A stretch of 55,303 bases of DNA from Candidatus Methanophaga sp. AG-394-G06 (GCA_009903405.1 PRCZ01000004.1:1-55303); one strand, 5' to 3'. Counted from the stretch's first letter, positions 42,456 through 52,139 are shown. The notes: generated by a model not told the origin, from the sequence alone. Numbers and translations are program-made.

Positions 42456-43636
42456 TATTTAGCACCTGGTTCCATTAGTCTTAGACTTTCTTCGCATATC
42501 TTAATTACTTCTGTTTTTGGATAAGTAAGTGGAAACAATAAATATCTATTTTCTATATCAACAACATTTTCTCCATAGTGCTTATAACCCCTAAACTTTG
42601 GATGCTCCCACAAGGCAAAGTATTTCATATCGCTTTTGTCTTTTACCTCTATGCCTTCCCTAAACAATTCCTTTTTCATTCTTTTTACTTCGCCATAATC
42701 CTCAACTAGCGCCGGAAAATACAGATAAGCAGGCTCTGCTTTCTTTGGAATCTCAACAAAGTCAAAAATCCCCTCAAAGCATTCATAATACAGTTTTGCA
42801 TTTTCATTTCTCAATTTTTTTGTAGCTTCATATTTTTTTATTTTCGAAAACGTGATATACGCCTCGATATTTGTGATTTCTCTTTCATACAATTGGAATG
42901 TAGAATTTTCATATTTGTTAGCAGAATAACCTTGAAGACTTCTTTGAAGATATCCATAAACAACCTTGTTAAAACTGATTGGTGCAGAAAATGCAGTGAA
43001 ATATGCTCTTGTGATTATTTTAAATCCCGGCTTATTAAAACTTAAATCAATTTTATCATCAAAATTTTTACAGTGCAGTGCTCCTCCACCAACGCTATTA
43101 ATATTTTTACTTATACCAAAACTGAAAAAACCACAATCACCATGTAATCCGGTAAATATTCCATTATATTTCGCGCCAAAAGACTGAGCACAATCTTCTA
43201 TCAATGGGACACTATATTTTTTTGATATTTCTATGAATTCATCGAGTCTTGCAGGAATGCCTCCAATATGTGCTATCACAATCGCTTTTGTTTTTTCTGA
43301 TATTGCTTCTTCAACACTTTCGGGAGACATATTTAAACTGTTTTCATCGTTATCCCCAAATACTGGTATTGCATTTACTTCTAAAGCTGCTTCGCCAACA
43401 CATGGACATATAAACGGAGGGATTATAACTTCATCTCCCTTGGAGACTTTTGATGATTTCAACGCAAGTTTTAAGGCATGTCTTCCAGAACCTGTTAACA
43501 CGATATTCGCTATTCCAAAATATTTAAAAAGTTCGTTTTTCAACTTCTCTTTTGGAATATTACAAAATAGGCAAGATATTACATCACGAAGTGTTATCTG
43601 TGGATTATAGAATGGAATAAGCTTCCGATCCCTCAT
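42455..43636 (-). CDS. DegT/DnrJ/EryC1/StrS-family aminotransferase
   Basis: VLTGSGRHALKLAL, IEDCAQSFGA and FSFGISKNI (PLP lysine region). Confidence 0.75.
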   Translation of the reverse strand: MRDRKLIPFYNPQITLRDVISCLFCNIPKEKLKNELFKYFGIANIVLTGSGRHALKLALKSSKVSKGDEVIIPPFICPCVGEAALEVNAIPVFGDNDENSLNMSPESVEEAISEKTKAIVIAHIGGIPARLDEFIEISKKYSVPLIEDCAQSFGAKYNGIFTGLHGDCGFFSFGISKNINSVGGGALHCKNFDDKIDLSFNKPGFKIITRAYFTAFSAPISFNKVVYGYLQRSLQGYSANKYENSTFQLYEREITNIEAYITFSKIKKYEATKKLRNENAKLYYECFEGIFDFVEIPKKAEPAYLYFPALVEDYGEVKRMKKELFREGIEVKDKSDMKYFALWEHPKFRGYKHYGENVVDIENRYLLFPLTYPKTEVIKICEESLRLMEPGAK

Positions 43637-44667
43637 ACAATATATCTCCTCACTCTTGGTCCAATTATATTGGTCGCTTTTAATGGCAACTTACTCCAAA
43701 TCTTTGCTAATTTTCCATATTCATTTTGAAGTGCTGTAATAGTCTTTGTTGGAGGATAATAGTAATATAATAATGTAACTTCAACAGAACCCCAACGCTC
43801 TTTAAATTTGTAATTACCTGAATCTGTCAAACTTCTGCCAAAGTCAAACCATACCATGTTATTTTCACATCCGTATGTTATGGAATACCAATACATAAAA
43901 TCGTTGGGTGCATATTTCAAAAACTCCGCTAAAGAAGCGCCCCATCCAGAGACTAACATATCCTTAAACTTCAATAAATACAATGAGGCAATTAGTTCTT
44001 CATTTAATTCTACTTTAGCAATAAAAACATTTTCTGGGAAGATCCTGTGGATATTATTGAAAAAGTTAAGTCGATGGACGGGAGTACCCAACTGTTTCAT
44101 ATTTTTTGAATATATCTCATAAAATTCAGAGAGTGCATTATGACTTGCTTCTACTTCAAATTTTAAATTACTTTTTCCCCCTTTTCTAATCATATTTCTA
44201 ACTTTTCTACTCATATTTTTCCATATATGCTCTCCTCCATTAGATAAATCCAAAATAAAAGTCGAATAATCTTTCATACAATTGAAATTCTCATACGTAT
44301 TTGTGTTTTTAAAATTTCTAAACTCACAATAACCTACATCCAAATTCTTTCCAGTATTTATTGCTTCATTAATCAAAGCATTTCCAATATCGCCATTCTC
44401 GCAACACACCCCGCCATACGGTGCAAAAGGAACAGAAACTAATCGCTTTCCAAAAAATATGTTCTTAATTAAGAACATCGGAAGAACTCCAACCACATCT
44501 CCAACATCGTTTTCAGCAAATAAATAATAAGGTTTGTGCCCATAAGTTTCTTCAACGACTTTTTTCCAGCCGATTTGATGATAAAACGTGGTGTTATTAT
44601 TCGTCTTTACAAACTCATCCCACTTCTTTTCGTCTTTTTCGCTTAACTGTTTTATTTCAAAATTCAC
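43633..44667 (-). CDS. FemAB-like (GNAT-fold) transferase, resembling PEP-CTERM-locus FemAB-related proteins
   Basis: TFYHQIGWKKVVEETYGHKPYYLFAE..VVGVLPMFLIKN..FGKRLVSVPFAPYGG. 344 aa with 4-nt overlaps on both sides. Confidence 0.65.
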   Translation of the reverse strand: MNFEIKQLSEKDEKKWDEFVKTNNNTTFYHQIGWKKVVEETYGHKPYYLFAENDVGDVVGVLPMFLIKNIFFGKRLVSVPFAPYGGVCCENGDIGNALINEAINTGKNLDVGYCEFRNFKNTNTYENFNCMKDYSTFILDLSNGGEHIWKNMSRKVRNMIRKGGKSNLKFEVEASHNALSEFYEIYSKNMKQLGTPVHRLNFFNNIHRIFPENVFIAKVELNEELIASLYLLKFKDMLVSGWGASLAEFLKYAPNDFMYWYSITYGCENNMVWFDFGRSLTDSGNYKFKERWGSVEVTLLYYYYPPTKTITALQNEYGKLAKIWSKLPLKATNIIGPRVRRYIV

Positions 44668-45578
44668 AGCACTTCACCTGCAGCATCTTTCAGAAACACC
44701 TTATTAACGTCTTTCAAATTCTTCAATATATACCTTATCTTCTTTTCAACCACATTCCCCTTAACAACCCAATACAGCGGTCTTCCTTTACCAACCACTG
44801 GAAACTTCTCATTTGAAATATCTATCGGATGAAAATAAAATATAGTATGTCCCCTCTTCAAACTCTGCTTCAATCCCTTCAATACCACATGTGCACCAAG
44901 AAATCTCAGCATCGGACCGCCAGCCGTAGGTATCTTAAAATTAAATCCAAAGACATTCCAATACGCCCATGGGAACTCCACAATTTTTTTTCCTTTTTCT
45001 TCTCCTATTTCCAACCCATTCTTCTTGGGATAATACGGATACGATGAAACACCTTCCAGAGATGAATCCGTTTTATTATACAACGAATTCACAGATATAG
45101 AAGAATCATATTTAAATCCTATCTTCTCCAATGAATCCAGCATCCAGCCGCCAACCAGCGCATTCGGCGCTCGGTATCCAACCACTTTTTGTTTACAAAC
45201 TCGTTCAAGCATTTCCTTTGCTTTTAACGTTCTCTCTTCGAAATCTTTAACACTCATCAACGGCTTCTTTGTCTTTGGATCTATCTTACAAGCGTGATGC
45301 AATCCATGACATCCAATCTCATGCCCTCTTTCAGCAATTGATTCCACCAATCCCGGATAATGGTCCGCCACATCCGCAACTACAAAGAACGTAGCTTTTA
45401 CATCGAATTCATCCAGCATATCCAGCACTCTTTTTGTTGGCTCTGTTAGATAGTCATATCTTCCGTTCCATTTATCAAAAAACTCATCTACATCTTTGTA
45501 TACGGAGAAAGGCGAACCTGTTACGGACGGTATATGATACCAATCTTCGATGTCAACCGTGATGGATAATGTGTTCAT
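44664..45578 (-). CDS. polysaccharide deacetylase (CE4), resembling the PEP-CTERM-locus subfamily
   Basis: LSITVDIEDWYH, VKATFFVVADVADHYPGLVESIAERGHEIGCHGLHH, GYRAPN and FYFHPIDI. Confidence 0.8.
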   Translation of the reverse strand: MNTLSITVDIEDWYHIPSVTGSPFSVYKDVDEFFDKWNGRYDYLTEPTKRVLDMLDEFDVKATFFVVADVADHYPGLVESIAERGHEIGCHGLHHACKIDPKTKKPLMSVKDFEERTLKAKEMLERVCKQKVVGYRAPNALVGGWMLDSLEKIGFKYDSSISVNSLYNKTDSSLEGVSSYPYYPKKNGLEIGEEKGKKIVEFPWAYWNVFGFNFKIPTAGGPMLRFLGAHVVLKGLKQSLKRGHTIFYFHPIDISNEKFPVVGKGRPLYWVVKGNVVEKKIRYILKNLKDVNKVFLKDAAGEVL

Positions 45579-45963
45579 ATTTTTTGATTTGCAGATAGCT
45601 CCCGCTGCCCAATGCCGATCCTCTTATCACCCTCCACCAGAAAGTCAATTCAGATTCGGCACTATAAATATAAATTAATATCTTTTCAGCTCTTGTATCT
45701 CTTTTATTTATTTGAGCACAGATTTGACACTTTCAATCCACACCAACCTTCTCTATTACCTTGCCGATAGTTGCTTTAATCCCCATAAAATGATCTCCCC
45801 TTTTATCCATTCAACATCTTCCCCTATTTTCTCTTTCATAACCGCCCTTGTCTTATTAAATCTGATTCCTCTCTTACGGCTTCACTCACCTTTTCTACAA
45901 CTTCTCTTGTCTTCTCGCCCTCAGCCTTTGTAACTTCTCTCGTCTTTTCCGATTCTTCTTTTA

Positions 45964-46461
45964 TCATAGATAAAGAACAATTTTCTTTGGTAAAGATTTC
46001 TTTTTGAAAGAAATGTTTTTTATCGTCTCGTCTTGCTTCTCAAGCATCCTTGATGTGTCCCCTTTCACCGATTCAAGAATTTCTATGGTTTTATCCTGCT
46101 TCTCAAGCATCGCATCCTGCTTCCCAAGCATGCCTACCCCTGCCTGGGCCATCTTCGTAAGCTGGAAGACCATGAAAGATTGTCTAAATGCGTCAATGCT
46201 CCTAACCTCGTCCTTGTAATCCTTAACCCCCACGGATTCAACAGAAGCTTCCGGTGGATAACTCGATTCTGCAAACACCACAAACCTGCTTATCTTCTCT
46301 TCTACTCCTTCTACCAGAACAATTAAGTGCTGTTCCCCCTTTACCAAAACATTTCTTGCATCGAATTTTTCGATTAACCATCTTTCCGCTTCGCTCAGTA
46401 ATAAAAATCGGTACCCAACATCGTGTACCTTCCCCTTTATCACTATTTCCTTCGCTTTCAT
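45964..46461 (-). CDS. acylphosphatase-like domain protein with a repetitive C-terminus
   Basis: IKGKVHDVGYRFLL...LVEGVEEKISRFV fits the acylphosphatase fold. The C-terminus has MLGKQDAMLEKQDKTIE..MLEKQDETIK repeats. Confidence 0.5.
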   Translation of the reverse strand: MKAKEIVIKGKVHDVGYRFLLLSEAERWLIEKFDARNVLVKGEQHLIVLVEGVEEKISRFVVFAESSYPPEASVESVGVKDYKDEVRSIDAFRQSFMVFQLTKMAQAGVGMLGKQDAMLEKQDKTIEILESVKGDTSRMLEKQDETIKNISFKKKSLPKKIVLYL

Positions 46462-46612
46462 CCCCTTATGCCTATCTCACCTTTTGAATCTATTTACTGT
46501 TTTAATAGTTATTTAATTTTAGGTTTCATTGTAAATACTATATACTCACCCATTAATATTAAGACATCACCTTTGGTATATCTTTCGATCTCCCTTTGCA
46601 TCCTCAAGCATC

Positions 46613-47040
46613 TCATCTACCGCACCATTCCCCGCAAGGAGATATACATTGGTCTCGCAAGCAATCCTTTAGCCCCGGCGCCCATACAAACACTTTTATC
46701 GCTTTTTCGTAATCCCCTTTCGCTTTACTCAAAACCTCATAATGATAACCAATTTCATGCCCCCAATCATTAATTTTTCCAATTATATCGGGCTTAAAAG
46801 TGTAAGGAAATCTGAAGTAGTAAGTTGACTGAATTCCCAATTCATGTTCCAACTCAGCCATCCACAACGCATTCCCGAATTTTCTGTCTATATCATGCCT
46901 AAGAACAACTAACTTATTATTCTTTTTCTTCTGACCTCTAAGACAAGATAAGAATAAACCGTCAGTGGTGTGTAGCCACTATCTAAAAGTCCCAAACACA
47001 ATTCTTTATACTTTTTCAATCTAAAATCACGCATAAACAT
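46613..47040 (-). pseudogene. decayed paralog of the 40132-40944 CE4-like gene
   Basis: MRDFRLKKYKEL..., then a frameshift, then WMAELEHELGIQSTYYFRFPYTFKPDIIGKINDWGHEIGYHYEVLSKAKGDYEKAIKVF. The 3' half is missing. Confidence 0.65.
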
Positions 47041-47073
47041 TATCATTTCTTCTCCTGTCAGTTCATCTGTGTA

Positions 47074-47487
47074 TCATTTACCACTAATTACCTTCAAATG
47101 CTTTATCTTATTGAAATGCCTTATATTGTTTGTCAAAACACCAAAACCATTAACCATAGCAATCGAGGCAATCAGTAAATCCCGAATATCCATCATATTT
47201 CCCTCACGTTCTAAACTTGCGGTTATCTTCCCCGCCATTTCCATCGAATTTTCATCCGTATTTAACATACGCAGACTATTTAAGAGCCCTTTTACTGATG
47301 CTAGGTTCTTCTCTTGATTTTGTGACTTGTACGCACCTCGGTATAGCTCAAATATGTTTATTGCGCTCGTTGCAAGTTCCACTTCATCTTCAAGCTTCTT
47401 TATAAGTGAAACTGCGTAATCTTTCTTGCGTAGCAGATCGATTAAAATGTCTGTATCCACAATTAATCCATTTTCCACGTTCTCCAC
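47074..47487 (-). CDS. vapC: PIN-domain toxin
   Basis: LIVDTDILIDLL, SAINIFELY, MDIRDLLIASIA and LTNNIRHF. Confidence 0.8.
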   Translation of the reverse strand: MENVENGLIVDTDILIDLLRKKDYAVSLIKKLEDEVELATSAINIFELYRGAYKSQNQEKNLASVKGLLNSLRMLNTDENSMEMAGKITASLEREGNMMDIRDLLIASIAMVNGFGVLTNNIRHFNKIKHLKVISGK

Positions 47488-47708
47488 AACTCCACAAGGC
47501 TTTTTTTGATTTCTTCTTCTTCTTCATCGCTCATTACCCAGGCACCCGCAAAATCGCTTGGCTTATTTCTATCTGCACGTGATAGTAAATCTTCCAACGC
47601 ATCGTCGATCGAGACACGCCTCTTCAATCGATCACTGAGAAGACCCGTAAAGGCGTTTAATTCCGCATAAACCTTAGGACTAATCTTTATTGTTTTTGTA
47701 TCTTCCAT
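47463..47708 (-). CDS. vapB: VapB-like antitoxin
   Basis: MEDTKTIKISPKVYAELN...FAGAWVMSDEEEEEIKKSL. Overlaps the PIN gene. The upstream part of the ORF-track call was trimmed. Confidence 0.6.
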   Translation of the reverse strand: MEDTKTIKISPKVYAELNAFTGLLSDRLKRRVSIDDALEDLLSRADRNKPSDFAGAWVMSDEEEEEIKKSLVELWRTWKMD

Positions 47709-47876
47709 TCTTATCGCCCTCCACTTTTGCTTATTGTATCTCCCATTTGCATATAAGATATATTTGGCAGTCAACAACAATCATCTTCTCTCTTCCAAGA
47801 ATTCCTTTAAGACATCCTCTGTAACTTTCATTCTATATTCTCTTGCTGCCTTGAGTTTTATGAATCGCAGCATTTC

Positions 47877-48170
47877 TCAATTTAAATATTTGCCTATTTT
47901 CATCTCACTGTCCCTGCCAGATGTTGGAATAGTAAATCCAAAGACATTCCAATATGACCACGGGAGTTCAATAAATTTTTCTTCTCCTATTCCCAACCCA
48001 TCCTTCTTGGGATGATAAGGATAAATAAAACTTCTTTTGCAATATTTTGATAATCCCGTTGTAGAGAAACGATAACTTTCGCCAACATGAACTTCAATAC
48101 CTTCTTTTCCGAGCGTCCGTGCAATCGCTAAGCTTGTCCGTTCTGCACCATCTGTAATGAATACGGTCAT
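47877..48170 (-). pseudogene. chimera: ATP-grasp-like N-terminal stub fused to an internal deacetylase fragment
   Basis: MTVFITDGAERTSLAIARTLGKEGIEVHV...SKYCKRSFIYP is joined to YHPKKDGLGIGEEKFIELPWSYWNVFGFTIPTSG. Compare the 44664-45578 protein: YYPKKNGLEIGEE..EFPWAYWNVFGF. Confidence 0.55.
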
Positions 48171-48203
48171 AATTTTTCCTTTAGACTCATCAAAATGTAT
48201 TTT

Positions 48204-48431
48204 TTAGAAAATTTCTGCTTTAGCCATTTCTTTTCCCCTGAGCATAGTTCTCCATTCCCTCTCAGCCATTTCAATTGCATCTACTGACTCTGCTGGAAAC
48301 TCTACATAGTTGCAGTTCGTATCCGGGCAAACAAATGCCTTTAGATTTGCCACCGCCAGACCTATATCCGGAATCACATATACATAATCTTTCCTTTCTA
48401 CCAATCCCTTACCACATTTTTGGCATCTCAT
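48204..48431 (-). CDS. YgiT-type zinc-finger protein (MqsA N-domain-like)
   Basis: MRCQKCGKGLVERKDYVYVIP....AFVCPDTNCNYVEF, with two CxxC-like pairs. The ORF-track start at 48446 is a GTG. Confidence 0.55.
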   Translation of the reverse strand: MRCQKCGKGLVERKDYVYVIPDIGLAVANLKAFVCPDTNCNYVEFPAESVDAIEMAEREWRTMLRGKEMAKAEIF

Positions 48432-48567
48432 TTCTCTCCCCTCCACGTAGTTATAACATCTTTAGTATATCTTTCGATCTCCCTTTGCATCTTCCATTTT
48501 TTCTCCCTCTGTTTTTGTTAAAGTATATCCCTTTTGCATATATCTTTAGCGACAAAGTTACTTTTTT

Positions 48568-48598
48568 CCATCTGCGTTAATCTGCGTTCATCTGTGTC
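48568..48598. repeat. T-type element, right arm only
   Basis: Sequence is catctgcgttaatctgcgttcatctgtgtc. It sits at the break point of the deacetylase remnant. Confidence 0.7.
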
Positions 48599-48629
48599 TA
48601 TATAATCGACGGAAGTTGATTTTTGATTC

Positions 48630-48815
48630 AATCCATGACACCCAATCTCATGTCCTCTTTCAACGATAGACTCCACCAATCCCGGATAATGTTCCACCAC
48701 ATCCGCAGCAACAAAGAACGTAGCTTTTATATCAAAATCGTCCAGCATATTCAGCACTCTTCTCGTTGGCTTGCGTAAACTTAAATAATTGTATCTTCCT
48801 TGTTTTGGATCAAAC
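48630..48815 (-). pseudogene. N-terminal fragment of a second CE4 deacetylase copy
   Basis: GRYNYLSLRKPTRRVLNMLDDFDIKATFFVAADVVEHYPGLVESIVERGHEIGCHGL is collinear with residues ~40-95 of the 44664-45578 protein. Confidence 0.7.
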
Positions 48816-48863
48816 CTTTTTTAAAGGTTTGATGTGTAATCTTGTGGTTCAAAGATAAGAGCA

Positions 48864-49829
48864 TCACTCGTACCTTCCACTTCTCTGCTCGCTATGATCC
48901 ACTTCCATATCAAACAGCATAGCAAACAGCAGAAACTGCACGCCTAGTATAAATATCAATAGTGAGAGAACTCCCCGAACAAATATTGACCCCCCCTCCA
49001 CAAATTTGTAATATATACTGTACAATCCACCTAAGAGCCCAAGCGGCGTCAGTAATATTCCAAGCGTGTAGAACAACACAAGCGGATGAAAACTCAGTAC
49101 TATGTACTTCATCTTCAATCGCCAGAAGAAGTCCTTGAGCAGCATCCACGATACCTTTGGTATATAAACACCATACATTATTCCTGATTCTTCCCTTCCG
49201 TATTTCGCGGGCATCACTATGTCCCTCACTCTGAACCCATACACATTCAACTTCACCAGCAGATCATTGCAGTAGCCGTACCAGGGATAGATAGCATCAA
49301 GCGGAATTCGTTCCAGAGCGCTCTTCGATATTGCAGCATAGCCGTTCTGCGGGTCCATCAACTGCCAGTATCCTGCACCTATCTTCGTCAACATCGTGAG
49401 TAACGAATTACCAAAGAACCGCCATTTCGTCATTCCTCTTCTGTATTCCGGGCTCAATAACCGATTTCCTTTTGTATAATCCGCTCTCCCTTCTATAATC
49501 GGCTCTATCAACTTCGGTAGTTGCTCCGGGTCCATCTGGTTATCGCCCGCCATTACCGCCGTAATATCAATACCATCTTCTAATGCTTTTTTATACCCTG
49601 AAACAATTGCTGCACCCACGCCTCCATTTTGCTCATGCTTTATGAAAAACACTCGTTCGTCTTTATCGTTGCAAAATTTTTGGATTAACGCAGCCGTATC
49701 ATCCACAGAACAATCATCAACTGCGTATATCTTATCCACATAACCCGGAATGGACGCTAAAGTTTCCTCTATCAATTCCTGTTCATTATACGCTGGTACT
49801 ACAACGCCAATACTGTGTTCTTTATACAT
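48864..49829 (-). CDS. GT2 glycosyltransferase with C-terminal TM helices (dolichyl-phosphate sugar synthase-like)
   Basis: IGVVVPAYNEQELIEETL, AVDDCSVDDT and MAGDNQMD, plus two C-terminal TM segments. Confidence 0.8.
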   Translation of the reverse strand: MYKEHSIGVVVPAYNEQELIEETLASIPGYVDKIYAVDDCSVDDTAALIQKFCNDKDERVFFIKHEQNGGVGAAIVSGYKKALEDGIDITAVMAGDNQMDPEQLPKLIEPIIEGRADYTKGNRLLSPEYRRGMTKWRFFGNSLLTMLTKIGAGYWQLMDPQNGYAAISKSALERIPLDAIYPWYGYCNDLLVKLNVYGFRVRDIVMPAKYGREESGIMYGVYIPKVSWMLLKDFFWRLKMKYIVLSFHPLVLFYTLGILLTPLGLLGGLYSIYYKFVEGGSIFVRGVLSLLIFILGVQFLLFAMLFDMEVDHSEQRSGRYE

Positions 49830-49937
49830 TTTATATATTCACCTTTGTTCAACGCCCTATCTATCCTAATTTGTTTATCCATTTTATTATTGCATCTACA
49901 CTCGAGGAGTTGTAAAAATTAACTCCTTCTCTAAAAG

Positions 49938-51299
49938 TTAGTGTGCTCTCCCAACACCCTTGTAAATAAAACCCAAATGCTCACATTCCTCTTTATTGTA
50001 TGCGTCCCTTCCATCTACCAGCACATGAGTACGCATAGTGTTTCTCATCGAACCAAGATCAAGGTTTAGATACTCATTATGCTTGGTTACTATAGCAACG
50101 GCGTCCGCACCCCTGATTGCTTCATTGAGGTCTCTTGTGAATGGAATATCAAAATCTCTTACATAGGGATCATGAAGTACTGGCTTAGCTCCTTTTTCTA
50201 CTAATCGTTCATAAAGTGGTCTCGAAGGTGTATTTCTCGTATCATCGGAATTCTCAAGAAATGCAACACCTAAAATAGCTATTTTTGCACTCTCTAACTC
50301 CCGTCCCGCATCATTTAAGCCTTCCTCTAACAGGTCTGCCATATGAGTCGGCATCCACGCATTTAATTCTCTGCTTTTTACTATTATATGTGGTTCAACT
50401 TTGAACGTCCCATATGTATCCACCCCATACTTTAACAACCATGAATCCTTTGGAAGGCAATGCCCACCAACACCAGCGCCTGGGAAATGCATGTTTCTTA
50501 TTGGATTGGCAGATGGATTTGACGGGTCATTCGGCAATGTATTTACCAATTCCCGTACCTTAAACACATCCACGCCTAAACTTTCACACATCAATGCCAT
50601 TTCATTTGCAAATGCGATGTTTACATCCCGATATGCATTTTCAGCCACTTTCGCTACTTCTGCTGTGAGCACATCTGTTGGATATAATTCCGCTTTTACA
50701 ATCATATTATATAACTCCATGGCTCTTTTGGTGCTCTCTTCATCTATCCCCCCAATAATACGAGGATAATTGATGATGTTATGCAGTAACCGTCCCACCA
50801 TAACCCGCTCATAGGAGAAAGCAAGCGCGAAATCTTTTCCCGCTTCCATCCCTGATTCCTCTTCCAGTATCGGTTTTACAATGTTTTCCGTAGTACCTGG
50901 AGCAATGGTAGATTCGATAACGACTAAAACATCTCTTCTCATCTGTCTACCAACGTGCGTGCTCACGTCCTTAAGCGATTCATAGTGCGGTATTCCATGT
51001 TCATCCGTAGGCGTTTGCACATCTATCAAAATAGCATCAGCGTCGTTACATTCGGAAAAGTCATCGGTGACTCGAAACGTTCCCTGTTTTACTACTTTCT
51101 CTATGAGCTCGGATAACCCTGGCTCATCGCCACCAATAGGATTTTTTCCTTTATTCAGCCAGTCTATTTTCCAGCCAGAGCGTTCTGACCTCCTTTGAAT
51201 CCCTACTACGTTAAATCCCGCTACATCTGCAAATAGAGCAGCCGCTGGTATCCCCACGTATCCCATCCCGACAACAACTATCTTCTTCTTCATCATCAT
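49938..51299 (-). CDS. UDP-N-acetyl-hexosamine 6-dehydrogenase (WbpA/WecC-like)
   Basis: IVVVGMGYVGIPAAALFA, GGHCLPKD and the C-terminal UDP-binding domain. 453 aa. Confidence 0.8.
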   Translation of the reverse strand: MMMKKKIVVVGMGYVGIPAAALFADVAGFNVVGIQRRSERSGWKIDWLNKGKNPIGGDEPGLSELIEKVVKQGTFRVTDDFSECNDADAILIDVQTPTDEHGIPHYESLKDVSTHVGRQMRRDVLVVIESTIAPGTTENIVKPILEEESGMEAGKDFALAFSYERVMVGRLLHNIINYPRIIGGIDEESTKRAMELYNMIVKAELYPTDVLTAEVAKVAENAYRDVNIAFANEMALMCESLGVDVFKVRELVNTLPNDPSNPSANPIRNMHFPGAGVGGHCLPKDSWLLKYGVDTYGTFKVEPHIIVKSRELNAWMPTHMADLLEEGLNDAGRELESAKIAILGVAFLENSDDTRNTPSRPLYERLVEKGAKPVLHDPYVRDFDIPFTRDLNEAIRGADAVAIVTKHNEYLNLDLGSMRNTMRTHVLVDGRDAYNKEECEHLGFIYKGVGRAH

Positions 51300-51332
51300 T
51301 TTAATTTCTTTATGAAGTATAACGTCCTAAGT

Positions 51333-51455
51333 CCTATTTAAGACACGGATTTACACTGATTTACGCGGACTTACTAAACTAAATTTGAGTTTGACATTAT
51401 TGTTGATTTTTTCATCTGTGTTAATCTGCGTTAATCTGTGTCAATAATTGATTTA
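51333..51455. repeat. T-type decamer inverted-repeat element, copy A
   Basis: cctatttaagacacggatttacactgatttacgcggac...catctgtgttaatctgcgttaatctgtgtc. Nearly identical to 52519-52640. The right arm encodes the last codons and stop of the 51431-52009 gene. Confidence 0.85.
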
Positions 51456-52009
51456 TTTTTTCTTGTCTCTACTTCCTTCCCGCATTTACATCCATAAACT
51501 AATTTCTCGTCATCTTCTCTGATTATCCTACTCAGTTTCCGCCCGCAAGAGCATACAAAACCCGCTAACCGCGCGGGATTACCGTATACTAACCCAAAAG
51601 GCACGACATCCTTTGTAACCACGCTACCAGCCCCTATCATTGCATACTCGCCTATTGTAACACCACAGATTATTATAGCATGTGCGCCGATGCTCGCACC
51701 CCTCTTGACCATCGTATAACATATTTTATCATCACTCCAAATGAACGCCCGTGGATATAAATCATTCGTAAACGTAACACCTGGTCCAACAAAAACATCA
51801 TCCTCTATCTTCACTCCCCTATACAGAGAGACGAAATTCTGGATCTTTACGTTATCTCCTATCACAACTTCTGTATCTATATAAGCATCCTTCCCAATAA
51901 TGCAGTTCTTACCTATCTTCGCCTTCTCTCTCACATGCACAAAATGCCATATCTTCGTCCCCTCCCCTATCTCTCCACTCTCCACTATTGCTGTCGGGTG
52001 CTTAAACAT
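51431..52009 (-). CDS. left-handed beta-helix N-acetyltransferase (WbpD/WlbB-like)
   Basis: Hexapeptide repeats (IGEGTKIWHFVHV, IGKNCIIGKDAYI, IGDNVKIQNFVSL) and VYGNPARL. Confidence 0.8.
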   Translation of the reverse strand: MFKHPTAIVESGEIGEGTKIWHFVHVREKAKIGKNCIIGKDAYIDTEVVIGDNVKIQNFVSLYRGVKIEDDVFVGPGVTFTNDLYPRAFIWSDDKICYTMVKRGASIGAHAIIICGVTIGEYAMIGAGSVVTKDVVPFGLVYGNPARLAGFVCSCGRKLSRIIREDDEKLVYGCKCGKEVETRKNKSIIDTD

Positions 52010-52035
52010 CTTTTTTATTGTATATGACGTATAAC

Positions 52036-52130
52036 TTCTACCTATTTAAGACGCAGATTTACACGGATTTTCTAAATTTAAGTTTGACGTTGTTGATCTT
52101 TATAATCTGCGTTATTATGTGTCTATAAAC
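52036..52130. repeat. T-type element, copy B (shorter, more diverged)
   Basis: cctatttaagacgcagatttacacggatttt...ataatctgcgttattatgtgtct. Confidence 0.75.
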
Positions 52131-52139
52131 GATACGGAT

